From Balanoglossus misakiensis (taxonomy: Eukaryota; Animalia; Hemichordata): a DNA stretch of 64,000 nucleotides. Below are positions 24,954 to 38,370 of the stretch, in pieces (the stretch's first letter is position 1; every line of letters begins with the position of its first letter). The position numbers were made by a program, and so were the translations under genes. The notes beneath the pieces were generated by a model, which worked only from the letters and a program-made list of their open reading frames with translations, ran no database searches and was not told the DNA's origin. The stretch covers positions 1,470,886 to 1,534,885 of the forward strand of contig CM082597.2 in the NCBI GenBank assembly GCA_040954595.2. Reading direction: 5' to 3'.

Positions 24954-27347
24954 GAACACGTCAAATTATGACGTAACCAGCAAAATTATACTTTAATGCA
25001 TTCTGTATCTATTATAAGCAACTTGGAAAAAGGCTTTAGCATATCATGAGTATACATGTATAAATAAAATCATTGATTTCTTCCGGGAAACAGAACAGGT
25101 TTGTAATCTGGTATTCGGGATTGACCCCTTCTCTGCCGTTCATTAGACCCGCAGCTCAAAGTCAAAGCTTACAACATACTTTTTGCGTTGACAAGTGGGG
25201 CGCTGTTCAAAAGCCAGAAAGTGCTACGTTTGTATTATCCAACACAAGATGGCGCCCTGTGTTTCCTTTGCCGGTTTGTGTATACCACTAAACCACAGTC
25301 CCTCTATCACCAATCAGTATAGATATATATATACAAGATAAACAAGAAAATGCCTCTTCTTGTAGCTCAGCGCAGCCCAGCGGTAGAATTGGGTACCAGA
25401 GTATTCACGTTTGAGTATATATGTACGCCCGCTTACGACGCAGCTAAAATATCCATTCCGCCTCAGGCGAATTCTTCTCATACATGCATTGCCTGCACAT
25501 TTTGGAATATGACGTCATGTGCTAATCGTACATAGCTCCATCTCACATGGAAAACTGGCCTACGTGTTGCCAATGGAATCCTGTTCAAGATGACCCAACC
25601 CTTCGCCCATGGAGTTTCAGCTGACTGTCATCTGCAAATATAGCTTTCCGACTGTTAGCTCAGTAAACACTTTCACCAACAGAGTCTGGTCTCATTGTAT
25701 GTGTTCAGCGCGGCCCCAACACTTGACCCGGTATTAATTAGCATGACAAACGCAATTGAATTGTGAAGAAAGAATTCAAAAATGCGTCACTGAAGGTTCA
25801 TTGTGCAAAACTCAGGAATGTTTACGGTTGAATTACCGAGGCTATTTGCGCATTCAAGGGGTGGATATTTTCGCCTAAATTGAGCGTTAACGCGCGATGA
25901 AAATCTAGCGCTTTGCTATCCGTAGGGCAGTTCCAACATCATAGGAAATTTGATCTATCATGACAAGAATATCACCTTGCGGTTGCTTGATCACGTGATC
26001 TTTAAAGTCGCTCACTTAAATAAACCTGACGTAAACGTATATACCTGTTGAGTGGGACTTATATGGCAGAAGCTATGCGCCATTTTGTAAAGCGTTTGAC
26101 CTCGATTTGAACTTAGAAAAATGTGGTGTGCAGCGAAAAAAAATTCCTCCTGTTTTCTGTAATGCAAGTCTGAACCTTGTTTGCTGATCGGTTTTGCCCA
26201 AATAATTGTAATTGAAACAACAATTTCGTATTGCGCATCCTTTCTATCTGTTGAAAGCAATTGAACGAGGAAATTCAGGGATATTCGCCTTCTGCGCACT
26301 TCTATGTGCCATCTGAAATGAATACAGACCTGATGAACAGTATCGCCTATCGCTTATTGTATTGCATCAACAGACACTGAACAGCTTGTGCGTGGTTCGC
26401 TGTAACATGCTATAGGTAAATGAAATGACCTGTTTTCGAAGCAAAATGCATGAATAATTTATCGCAAACGAATCAAAATTTCATCAATTGGCGAGCACCT
26501 TCTCCGAGTCGATCTTATGGCGTATTCTGTTCAATTAAAAATAAAAAAAACTAAGTTAATGTAATTCAACATAATTAGTGCAATGCACGATTACTTCACA
26601 ATGTGATGCGATGTGGTGTGGTGTGATGCGGTTTGATGCAATGTAATGTTGTATTTTGTGATATATGACGTTTTGAAATGCATTTTGTTTGTTATATTTT
26701 TTATATTACTATTGTGTTATTTTATGTCAAAGAATTAAAGTCTCCCTGTTGTTTATCATCGTAAGTCACTTGGCAAGATAAACTGGTCGGTTGCTCGGGC
26801 GGAATAAATTAATAAGTTCTCGCCCAACCCGGCGGTTTGCTATAGAACAGCTGTCTTCAGCTCAGTCAATGAAACAGTATACTTTTATATGCGAGGTCGT
26901 GTTCCGACGGAAAACAATTACTGGAGTAGTTCCTTCTCTATCAACTTCATACACCAGGTTGCTGTCCATACTTGACATTGCAAGAAATAATATCGATCGC
27001 AGAAAATTTCAAATTAAAAGTTTTGGCGATACGTAACACATTACACACCCACATTACATTACATTAAAAATATCTACCGGGCAGTGTCCGCCTCATCTTT
27101 TTTGTATGTACAAACCGCCTACTGTTTTAATTGATTTGTTTCTCTATGCTGATTCATTGACGGGATAATAATGAATAGGTTTATGACAATGACAGTGAAT
27201 GTGTTGTCCTGCCGTTATGTTAATGCCAACGGATAGTATGTCACTGATGAACTGTTTGTTGAGGGTCATGAACCAGGAAGGTAAAAGGTACCTGCGTTAC
27301 ACCTAGGTATTGAGGTGTGTGCACCCTAACGCGTCGCTGTGGCCAAT

Positions 27348-30300
27348 ATGTCTACCAAAATCCTATCGTTCGTCATTTTATGCGGAGGTAAGTGTTAAGT
27401 GTGTTAAGATTCGTTTACCCTTTATTTGTGCGTGAATGTTGAAACAATGCGATGACGAAACGGGAGGAGATTGTGTTTACTGTTCTGGACGACTGTTTAA
27501 TAATAGCGTCCATCACAGCCTCCATAGTTCTATTTGACTGTACAAGCTGGCGATAGCAAGGTAACTTTAAGGTACAACTCGGCTATTTGACAATCGGATA
27601 GACGTTATTAGTTTGTGGTTAGCAACGGTAATCAACTAAACGTACATATGAAAGTGTTTTGTTTAATGTCTCAGTGGCTAAACGATGACGGTTATTATGA
27701 AACTGTCGGCCATTTTGTTAATTGACACTGGGAAAATTTTCAAGCTTTTTTCATCTGCCACATTTTTTCAATGTATTTTCCAGTTTAGGCTAGAAGTACA
27801 TGTATCATCATTATGAATTCCTCATTGTCATTACTGACAAAAGCAGAAACTGGCCTTGACCCAGGTACCATTTTTAGCTATGTGCTTTGGGTCATGGCAA
27901 AGTCCTCGATTGTCATGGATACCCATGGAAAAGTAAATTCAAAATCACCATCGCCTTTCGCCAGTTGAATCATGACTTCATGACATGAGTCGCGCCCGCG
28001 ATGACTTTTTTCGGTGGCAGTTAAAGAGTGGCACTGTTTTGACCAAACTTTCCCGCTCAATTCTTGTCAACGGTCCATTGCCGTTGTACACAACAGATTC
28101 AAATTCCGCCATGTAGGCCTACATGGCCCGATGAACAAACCGATTAAGGTATACCTTGCTTTATTATCACTGAAAGCCTAAATCTATCTCTGATAATCCA
28201 CCAGTCTGATTATAAATTTTTTTTAGAGAAATGGAAAAGAGAAAATGAAAGAGTTCAGGTTTCGGGAGTGGGCCGACATGGCGTGAGTGTATTTATGGAT
28301 CGGTTTCCATTGTCGTGCTTTACAAAAAAACACCAGTCACTGAAAGGGAACCACATTCATCAATGTCCCACTTTCCAGAGGGCAATCGGTAAATATCTGG
28401 TTGCTTGATCTGGTTTCTGTTGGATGGTTTGGTCAAATATGGACCATAGTTTCCATGCAATTTCTATGATAGACGTCCAGTCAAGTTCGTGTCGCAGTTA
28501 CTTCACAAACGCAAGTTCTATAATAATACCCGTACCATCAAAACTGCGAGTGCCCAGCTATCGTGCCTGTCACGCTTTATGTGGTTCTAATTTGCATTTT
28601 CTTTATTTGATGGCCAGCCCATTGAATAGCTCCGGACAACAACAAAAAGAAACTGTGCAATATGTATATAGACATGGTTTTAGCCCATGGCGTTTTTCAG
28701 AAACCTTTATTTACGAAGCTAACACCACAGTATCAAATAAAATGTGGAGAAAGTACACTTTTCATGATACTAAATTGATGAAAATGTATGCAAGACGTAC
28801 AATCATGGGTACAATTTTTGCTGCGTTGCTCAACATGGATATGCATGGCTTCTGTTATGCAAATTAGCCATGGCCCCACGCTGCGTTCTCAGACAGCTGA
28901 GGTTTGTACATGGTCATTTCACCAAAAGGTAGTCAGTATGGCCGTGGGTGTATGGATAAGGTTCAAAACGTGTTTATGAAATAACGGGAAGTCTAGCATG
29001 ATTTTACTCCTAATTTCTAAACATTCAATGAAAGCTCTTTAGCGCGGAGCTGTCAACAAGATACATAAGGTCAGTGTTCGTAGACAATAGAACGAATCTC
29101 GCAGGGCCGTCTATTTATGCCAAGCTGACCAAGGGTCATTGTAATTTGCATAACAAAAGGCACACTGGCTTATACATGCACACAGCAAACACAGCAGTTT
29201 AAATATCTAAATATAATATTACCTTTTATCACCATATTTCCATTTGGGAAATGACAGATAATCATATTATGACGATTTGGGGATGTGTCTAAACTAGAAT
29301 ACGAGCAAATCGATAAAATATTGATATAAATCCATAAATAACGACGCGGAAAATCGATGGACAAAATAAAGGGATTTTCCATTAAACTTATTTAATGTTG
29401 TTGTTTTTTGTTTGCGTATACTCGTACAACACTACCACAATCATAATAGTGACACCAATGTTCAAATGACAGGCATTCATGGTGATTCTGTATGGGGGTA
29501 CTATAAACGAAAAGTTACACAATTGCTTATTTTAACTACATCCCTTCGCTTTTTTATTGAATTGCATGTTATTGGTCAAAAGATACCACAAAACACCAGC
29601 CTCATTATAATTGGATACACCACAAATATTGTATGGGAAAATGTAGAGAAAGACAATTATGAATTTCAAAATTAAATCCTAAGTAATGATTAAATAATGC
29701 TTAAGGGTATATTTCAAAAATACATTAAATTTCTGTAAATTCCTTTCAAAGTGTAAAATGATTGAACTCATCAAACACCGGATTTAGAATTAATCCCAGT
29801 GTGCATATCCTGAACAATAAACGCGGATTAATTTGGATAATAGCCACTCGATTAAAATTACTTAAAGTGATTAATTAAAAGAACAATTATGATAGGGTTC
29901 ATTGTCGATTGGAACCGGATGAATAGTAGAGAGAGGAAATAAAGATTGATCGTGATTTTTAATTTAGGGTTATATAACAACTAAATCATTACTTAGCTTC
30001 ATTTCATATAGCCTTTGCCGAAGTTCAACTTTTCAATTCAAACCAAAGCATCAGTGTGTTAACACAACTCGTGTGATTTGTTTTCCGCTACAAATGGTTT
30101 CTAGATACAAACACATATATGAATGAAATCAAAAGTTGAAACTCTCCAAAACTTGGACAGGTTGAGAGCAGGGTTGCTGGAGCAAAGTTCAGTTCTGAGT
30201 CGTAGGTACAAATTTCACAAGAGAATTTTTTTGTGTGAGTAGAGATATACATGAACCTTTCTCTTTCATTTAAATAATAAAACTGGATTTGGGCGGGAAT

Positions 30301-33191
30301 TAAAATCATATAGATACGTGGCACCAGTGATGTGTCAAACCACAGAGGGCAAACAGACCAATTTGTCATTGCAGTTCATGGTACGTGCTGAATAACTTTG
30401 TTTGTTTGTTTGCCTGCCTGTTTGTTTGTTTGTTTGTTTGTTTGTTTGTTTGTTTGTTTGTTTGTTTGTTTGTTTGTTTGTTTGTTTGTTTGTTTGTTTG
30501 TTTGTTTGTTTGATGTGCAAATGTTAAATTTTCACAATCGTGTTTTTATCATTCAAAGTGGCCGGGCTGTCCTGTGGGCAGACGACAGTAGTTGGACCCT
30601 CGAACACAGCTTACGTGAGATCGGGAGAATCGGCGTCATTCAACTGCAGGGTGACATGGGCCACCGATGCCGGCGTTCATTCTATACAATGGGGACGAGG
30701 CAGATACAGAGACGATGAAATCGAGTGGACAGACGTTGCGCAGTGTTTCGAGATCGAAGATGGAACGTGCAATATTCCGAACGAATTTCAAAACTCGTAT
30801 TCTGTTCAAACAGCCGCGCCCTACGACTCGTTCACACTCACCGTAGATCCAGCAACGCTTGCAGAAGACGGGTTTTATGACTGTTGGCCATACGATGATA
30901 CCACACCTCAAACCCCACATGCAAGACTCGTTGTTTTGAGTAAGTTAACTCCATTATGTTCTTCGTTCACTGATTCTACGTCAGCACGCACCAATCCTAG
31001 AAAAAAAAGCAAAAAAGTTCAGTTCACGTGACTATCAATTGACGAATGAGAACACAGACTGTGGATGAGGTGTGTTACAACATAATACATGTACGTACTA
31101 AGAAAACCTTGCCCCCCCCCCCCTCTTTAATGCTACAAAACATATTGATGTTTACTCTTGAATTACATTCATGTTTGCTACAGATCAAGTGAGCAGTGTC
31201 TCAATACAAGAGTTCTACAACAGAAGAACTGTCAAGGCCGGTGAGTCTGTGGCTACAGAGTGCTTGGCGACATCCGGGAACCCTGCAGCTGAACTCTCGT
31301 GGAAGATAGGCAACATGGACATCTCGTCCATGAGCAATTCCACGGCAACCGAGACCGGAGACGAGACCGGGTTGTATGACACCAGGAGCGTTCTCGTTTA
31401 CGCATTCAACGCGTCGGATGATCAACAGCTTCTCAAGTGCGAATCATTTCAACACAGAAGTTTAACAGCGAAGAGTTCACAGATTTTAATGAACGTGGAA
31501 CGTAAGTTGCTTTTGGAGTTGTCTCGAAAAGATTCTTTCAATAACGCACATTTTACTTTGAATATATTAAAACCAAATGGAGAAAATAGGGTCTTCGCAT
31601 TCTTGGTAAGAATGCAAAGCTGATGAACGATTTCTGTTTTACTACACATTGAAGGTATTAATCTGAAGTCATGTCTCTTGTTATGGATTCCTTTCTTCCA
31701 GATCCTCCTGTTATCCAGGCCATTGTCGTGGTAAGTTGGGAAGGGTACAGAGTGGTGGTGGAATGCTTGGCAAGCGCCAATCCAGGATATATCGTCTACT
31801 CGTGGGAGAGCGATGACGGCCAATATGGTGGCGATTCCAGGACCTGGGAACTGACTGATGAAAACGGCGATGGCGAAGTCATTGTCACTTGCACTGCGAC
31901 AAACAGAGAAGAAACTGACCAGTTGAGAGAAATCGTCAAAAAGCGTAAGTTTAAGCACGGTCACTCCACAAACGGTCATGTAACGCCTATATGATTGGCA
32001 TAACGTGTGAATCGCCGGTACCAATAGTCTGCGTTTCGTGATTTATTTATTTATTTATTTATTTTCATTCCACCTTTAATTAAAAACATGCCACAAAACA
32101 TCTAAACTTAATTCTGGGATTGAGAGAGTTGTTTTCCCTTCTCATATTCACAATTTGTGTCCTTCGTTTGATCGTAATTTTACAGCGAGACATTCTATTT
32201 CATCGACTGGTTCGACGCCAATCAGTTCTGTAGGAATCCGTGAGTATTCGGTTGAACTACGTGTGTTTTGACAAGAACTAACAATGCTTTCACAAATGCA
32301 ACAAATTCAACGATGTTTTCTGTACATGTTTTGGTTTAAGGATGTACCCTCAGAATCTAAACTTGAAAACTGCGCAAATGTTTGCTCCTTCATCGTGTTT
32401 TTCCGTAGGATTACTTTGAGAAGAGCTAGAAAACTCACTTTTACTATTGTCATTTTTATGAAATTTTACACATATCTCAGTCGAATTAAACTCTGATCGA
32501 GAAATATCACCAAATTCCACTTTATTTCAATGCAACTAATCTCTTCCAATTCTATCTTTATAAAATGGGTATCTCTAGAAAATTTCATGAAATAACGCCG
32601 GATTTATAGCGATAATTGCACTCATATTTAAATTAGCCTCACCTGATTAATATAACACAGGTAAAATGTCTCCTGGTATATTCAGATCTGTCATGTACCT
32701 TATTTCATCCAACTACGCGCAGTTATTTCGGTAATAAATCACTAGCTAACTAGAAAAGTTAATTACTTAAACAAATTTTACTTAGTTCCTCATAAAGAGT
32801 TGACGTGATTTAAAACATTAGGTAGCGATTTTCGACCGTTTGTGGAGTGACCGTGGTTTTAGTCAGTACTCAGTAGTACATGTATTTGATGTCTGCTTTT
32901 CAGTTATAAACAAAAGAAATCGCAATGGCTTGATAGAGGGCGCCCAAAGACTTGGAAGAGTGGACGACAGTGGACATCATGATCTATTTGTTTAATTCAC
33001 ACTTTATTGGGAAAAATGTACTTTGACCGTCACTGATAAAGGTTCACTTTTTCTCTGTTTTAACCAAAACCGCAATGTATTTCTATTATCTTTATTCTTT
33101 AGCCGGCTCTGTGAGTTTAGCTGCGAGCACGAAGGCTTTCCCTCTTTTGGTTATGACGCTGTCACTGATCATGCTGGTGTTTGCACCGTGA
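27348..33191 (+). CDS. Ig-superfamily cell-surface protein with 3 Ig domains and a predicted GPI-anchor signal; 6 coding exons
   Basis: Exons 27348-27387, 30559-30939, 31184-31501, 31702-31944, 32186-32239, 33103-33191, all joined by phase-1 GT-AG introns. Signal peptide MSTKILSFVILCGVAGLSCG. V-type domain (FNC..W..EDGFYDC), C2-type domain (ECLATSGNPAAELSW..LLKC) and a short third Ig (ECLASANP..YSW..VTCTATN). S/T-rich stalk, then hydrophobic end FPLLVMTLSLIMLVFAP*. Confidence 0.85.
30397..30512. repeat. (TTTG)n microsatellite
   Basis: Nearly perfect TTTG run just upstream of the Ig exon 2 acceptor. Confidence 0.95.
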
Positions 33192-34279
33192 ATGGAGATC
33201 AGGAAAGGTGCAAGGTGAGAATTTTTTATGAAATAGCTTAAAGGGACCCTAGTTGTTACCTCTGACTGTATTCCAGGATTTTTGATCCGTGTATAAACAG
33301 CAATTACGACCATACGAATTATAACTTAAAACAGAGGTCCTCCCTGACATTTTTCTTTCATTGTGTTGTTTTCTTTTTCTCAGAAATGGAGCGGCACAAA
33401 TCAATGGAGAGAAATTTCACCTGGGTATAACGAACTTGAGCCGTAAAGGAAAGTCAAACGCTCCATTAGCTGAAACTTCTGGTTATTTTGTTATTTTTTT
33501 TGTTGTGTGTGTCAACTTTGTATTCTGGAATACTTTAAGAAGTAAACCAATAGACTGTAGTTGGTACACAGAGTAAAAATGCCAAGAATAGCCGAATTTG
33601 CAGCTAGTGTCTCATTTATTATGTCACAGTTTTAATAACAAACCTTGAACTGTATATACGTATCTTTTGTAGGACGTGTCCTTTGAATTTTCACCAAATT
33701 ATTTTTGTTTACGAGAAGTTTGCCGTTAAACAAAATTGAATGTAACAGGAAAAACATGTAGTAGTAGTTCCGACATGAATGTCACAAAATATTTTAGTAT
33801 TGGGAAAATTAAAATACAATTATTGTATATTCAAGATGTTTTTCTTTGAAATACACGGTTTGTAGACATTTAAAAAAAGTATTATTGATTTCTTTGGCTT
33901 TGTGGCAGTTTTTGTCTTTATTTTGATTAACGAACGATTATAGAAATTGAATCGATTTCTGTTTGTGTTTTTATAGTTTGCTTGTTTTTTGGATCTCGAA
34001 TGTGTATCACTTAAATTACAGAGTGCCATCTTGTGTTTTTGACACACTTTAATCGTCTTACTAAAATATGCAAAGAAAAGTTTTAGCTGATCAAATAGAA
34101 TTCCTGGCTGCACAATCTCACATGATATGACTTTTGTTATAGTTTTATTTTAGATGCCGAAGCAATAACAGCATTTAATCAAATATACAAATTAAACCAG
34201 TCATTAAGTCAGTTAAGAACCCGACCAATCAATAAAATAATGTGTACAGATGTACAGTGCAGTCATCCTGTTGGTACAG

Positions 34280-34475
34280 AATAGAGGGTTTCCCGCTCAT
34301 TGCGAGATCTCGCGAGACTTACTTAATTACCGTAGCAACGGGTTGCTAGCCAAGTAATACATGTCAAGTGTTTGTATGAAACTAGAATAGGTGGGTCATT
34401 TGCTGTTAATCTTGTGTCACATGTATAAACTGCCAAGTCTCGCGAGATCTCACAAGAGTTCGGAAATGGTCTATT
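34280..34475. mobile_element. MITE-like element (~196 bp) with ~41-bp imperfect terminal inverted repeats
   Basis: Left end AATAGAGGGTTTCCCGCTCATTGCGAGATCTCGCGAGACTT. Reverse complement of right end AATAGACCATTTCCGAACTCTTGTGAGATCTCGCGAGACTT. Non-coding interior. Confidence 0.65.
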
Positions 34476-36059
34476 GGGAACCACCAGGTAAATCCTGTAT
34501 CTATGAAGGATTATTATGAGTAACGCGTAGCGATTGATTATTAGAATGTTTAATTGGGTTTGCAGTGGACAGGGTACTTCGTATAGCTTTATGAAAATGG
34601 GATATCGAGTATTCAGATTTACAGGTGGATGGAACAAGCTTCTAGCAGTACTAGTGTTCTGGACAATTTGATGTATGTACCGTCTTAATCGAAAGTTGCC
34701 TTATAAGAGAGGTCTACGTTAAGAATTCATTGTACGATAAAAATACATATTCCTTACACGTCTGCAGAAAGGTAGAAACCAGTGTCATATGCATTCAATC
34801 AAAGGAAAAGTACACCGTGGATTTTGCTTGCTATGGTAATACAAAAATTTACCAGATAGACATTCTCGGGATCAAACTGAAAGGAGAGTTAAAGGAATTA
34901 GAATTTTATCAGAGAATGAATTCTTGACGTAGCCCTGCAAGAGAGTCGTTACTGCGATGTCAGTAGTTAAATACAGTGTATTGGGATTGAAGTATTTTCA
35001 TGATTATCCTACAAACGTACAGAATTCATGTTTTGATGATATGAAACCATGGAACAAATAAATATCATATTTCCTTATTTTTGTCATTTTATCAGGCTAA
35101 CATTTGTGCTTTAATGTTATCAGCAAGGAAGTACATATTTATTAACACAAGTTTTCAGTATATGAGTCACTGGAAAATGTAATCTAGTTTTGTATTAATT
35201 GTTTCCGGTCGATTTTCATATGGTTGTCGATAACTATCTTCGTAACATCATGCATGACATATTTGTACTTTAAATTTGTTATATCCTTGATTTTAATTTC
35301 ACGTTTATTCTCGCGAATATTACAACGTTTTCTTTACAGTTGCACGTATTTGTCTAAATTCAACTAACGCGGAGTTCCGTCCCTGCAAAAAATGTCCTCG
35401 ATATATCGACTGTCATGAAACAAACGGTGCGTTGAAAGAGGGTTTCAGGGACTGTGTTGGGTCTAGCTCAAAATACGCATGCGTCATATCATGTCTTGGT
35501 GACGTCATTTCCGTTTTCACTCCTAATCAATCCATCCATTATGATACCTGTTCAAAGCCACATGTACATTGTAGGCCGAATATTTTTTAGACAACAGTAT
35601 CCATATCACTCTCACGTCATACAATGACAAATCATACTGTAATACGGAAATGTGGTACAATGTATTGCCTTCTTTTATACAGTGTAGTGTTTCTGGTAAT
35701 AAAGAAGTACTAAATAATCCAATCATCTTTCTGATGATGTATTTTGTATATAAGTATTTTGTGTGTGTGTGTTCCATCATGATTTGCGAATTCGAACAGA
35801 CATTCTGTTTACAGGTTACGGTCACTTCCAAACAAACAAAAAAGTTCTAAAACAGTCGCCAAAAGTTAGAGTATTTGAGTTTTAATCGGGGAAAAACAAA
35901 CAAAAGATGCAGAATGAAAAATATCAGAATATATACACTATGGGAGATAATGGAGCAAATACGATGTGATGGTGTCTGCCATCTTTCACAATCAAAGCCT
36001 CACACGGTGAGTGAAGTGTCTGATACTATATACATGTACAAGAACTCTGGTCATTGAGT

Positions 36060-37241
36060 TTACCACGTGAGCTGCATGCTCTGGTCATAGTTGTACACTG
36101 TGGTGCTACTTACAAAAAATGTCTGTGTGCTGTTTGACACGCAATTAACATATGGCATATACCCATGACTGAAAGCACTACATCGGTTACTGTGGAAAGG
36201 GTTAGGGTTTTCAAGCATTTGTCCGTCTCTGGGGTCACCTTTTCCACTGTTCTGCACAGCATCATTGTACTCATAATGTTCACCAACAAACATTGGCGTT
36301 GGTTCCTTCGCAGGCTGGTCATACTCTTCAAGAATGTCGGGTATGTAAGGGTGTTCGTCACACCACCTGTTGAGTTCAAAATCAAGGTTGGACGGAGCTG
36401 CTTGAAGTGCGCCCTCGTGGTACAGATCCCTCGATGCCCATCCAACGGGAAAGTCTGACACTGGTGTCGCCAAACCAGAATGGCTTGAATTGCTCCGAGG
36501 CGGAGTTGGGGGCAAAGAGAAATTTGTCGCGCAGTCAGTCTCGCCCTCTGTTGACCCATGGCACGCATTCAAAGATGCACGCTTACCTTCGACGAGAAGC
36601 TTTCGCAAAATGGAACCCTCTTTCTCGTTCGTGTCATTATTTTCTAGAGGAGCTTCATCGCTCAGTAAATTTCTGACGCCATCTTCACAACGTTCACTAT
36701 CCGATGGCACTACCCGTTCAGTTTTGTTGGCCACGATTGCCGACGATCTACAAGATAGAGACGTTTCATCTTTAACTGTCATGGCAACACGTTCATCGCT
36801 CCCCATTTCCATGTCGTTGCTACCTTCGTTGCGAATCGGCGAGGTGAATTTCTCATCAACACACTCAGAAGTTTGTGATACGGGGGTGTCCACTTTTTCG
36901 ACTTCAGTTTCCAAGTTGCTGTCTCCGCTTTTCTCGCCTTCCTCATCCTCAGTCGGGTAAATAAACCCAAGTTCTTTTTCTAGAACTTGTATGTACTGTA
37001 TCGTCATGCGTAAGATATCTTTCTTCTGTATAGCCACTGCCCTGCCACGTCGTACGCTACCACTCTTTCCAGAGTTTTCTTTTAACACCAGCTCTGGCGG
37101 CAAAGGAAGCTTCTTCTTCAAATTTCTGAAAGCAACATTGAAGACTTTCACCCTCTCTCGTTCCTTCGCCGCAGCGCCTGGTCTTGCACGTTTCTTGGTA
37201 ATAGGGCGACCGTCTGACTTTCTCCCGCGTCTGGTTGGCAT
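36060..37241 (-). CDS. bHLH transcription factor, FIGLA-like, ~393 aa, intronless CDS
   Basis: bHLH RARPGAAAKERERVKVFNVAFRNLKKKLP...KKDILRMTIQYIQVLEKEL. AKERER.K and K.DIL....YIQVL resemble FIGLA. First ATG at 37241 (the track starts at an upstream GTG). Long acidic/Ser-rich C-terminal region. Confidence 0.85.
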   Translation of the reverse strand: MPTRRGRKSDGRPITKKRARPGAAAKERERVKVFNVAFRNLKKKLPLPPELVLKENSGKSGSVRRGRAVAIQKKDILRMTIQYIQVLEKELGFIYPTEDEEGEKSGDSNLETEVEKVDTPVSQTSECVDEKFTSPIRNEGSNDMEMGSDERVAMTVKDETSLSCRSSAIVANKTERVVPSDSERCEDGVRNLLSDEAPLENNDTNEKEGSILRKLLVEGKRASLNACHGSTEGETDCATNFSLPPTPPRSNSSHSGLATPVSDFPVGWASRDLYHEGALQAAPSNLDFELNRWCDEHPYIPDILEEYDQPAKEPTPMFVGEHYEYNDAVQNSGKGDPRDGQMLENPNPFHSNRCSAFSHGYMPYVNCVSNSTQTFFVSSTTVYNYDQSMQLTW

Positions 37242-37264
37242 GTCGACGGAGCTAGAGGTAACCA

Positions 37265-38370
37265 CTGCAAACGAGCTGACTTAATGGTCGATTCACAGAA
37301 GTCTGTTCTGTGGTGGTGTTAGAGTACTGGACGATTTCCGGTAGCTAAACTCTGTCTATCTCGCGCACAAGTGACGGGGGATCGTCTGCATCTGGAACAA
37401 CAAACAAACAAAGATCGATTATCATCTGTTATTTGATTATTTTTCATTAAATGCGACGGGGAACCAGGAAATTCGTTCACTTGGGATACACACAAGATGT
37501 CAATTTTTCCAGAAAATCGTCTTTTCTTTACGCAGATAAGTATAGTATCATGTACTGTTGCTTTTGACAACAAAGGTGTCCGACGGCTGGAAAATCCACG
37601 AAAATGTGTGAAGCGATCGGATTAGGAAGCGTGAAAATAAACTTGACAACTATTTGATAGCTCGGGCGATGAATAAAGGTGCGCTGTGGTTTTAATTGTC
37701 TAGGTGTTGGTGGAGTAATTAATCTGTTTGTGCCTACAAGATAACTTTGGGTTTTGTTTGAATTTCTCACGAAGCTTCGAGCGGTTCTTATATATTTTTG
37801 TATCAATCCTAGGCGTGCTTCTGATCTGCGTTTATACCCCCCATGTTCTGATCAATGCCAAAGTGTTTTTATTCGATTACAGAGATGTTGGTAGATCAAT
37901 TTGAGATTGTTTGCCTGTTTACTCTGTTCTGGACATGAAAATCAATTCTGGAAATTTTACAGATAATTTTGGATGTCAGGGAATTCGTGTAAAAAGTAAA
38001 TGTGGAAGTCCGAATACCACACACAGGGCGAAGACAATGCAAGAAAACTGTCGGGAGTTTTCTAAACCTGATCAAATCGATCTCACAACTGGATTGAATC
38101 ACGGCGAAACTAAATTTGGCTCAAACGTCATGTCTGAGGCGATCCAAGGGAAGTAAGAAAGCCGACAACCCAGCCCTTGGGTGCCGTCGACTCCTTTGAG
38201 ATAAACAGTAGATATTTCTTTCAGTATCCCTGCCCCCTTCTGGTACAAGTCCCCTCAACCCCCAAAAACTGCATGATCTACGTAAACCATGCCATGAATT
38301 GGATAGGAATAAAATCACATTCACTACAAGTAAACAAGTCTCAAAAAATGATAAACAACAAGATTCTCAC
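37265..38370 (-). other. Putative 5'-UTR intron of the bHLH gene
   Basis: Minus-strand donor CAG|GTGAGA at 38371/38370. Acceptor ctcgtttgCAG ends at 37265, 23 nt before the ATG. The upstream exon has an in-frame stop, so it is non-coding. Confidence 0.5.

Noticed and set aside
28424-28867. 147-aa ORF in Ig gene intron 1
   Set aside because: No recognisable domain or compatible splice sites. Likely repeat-derived intronic sequence.
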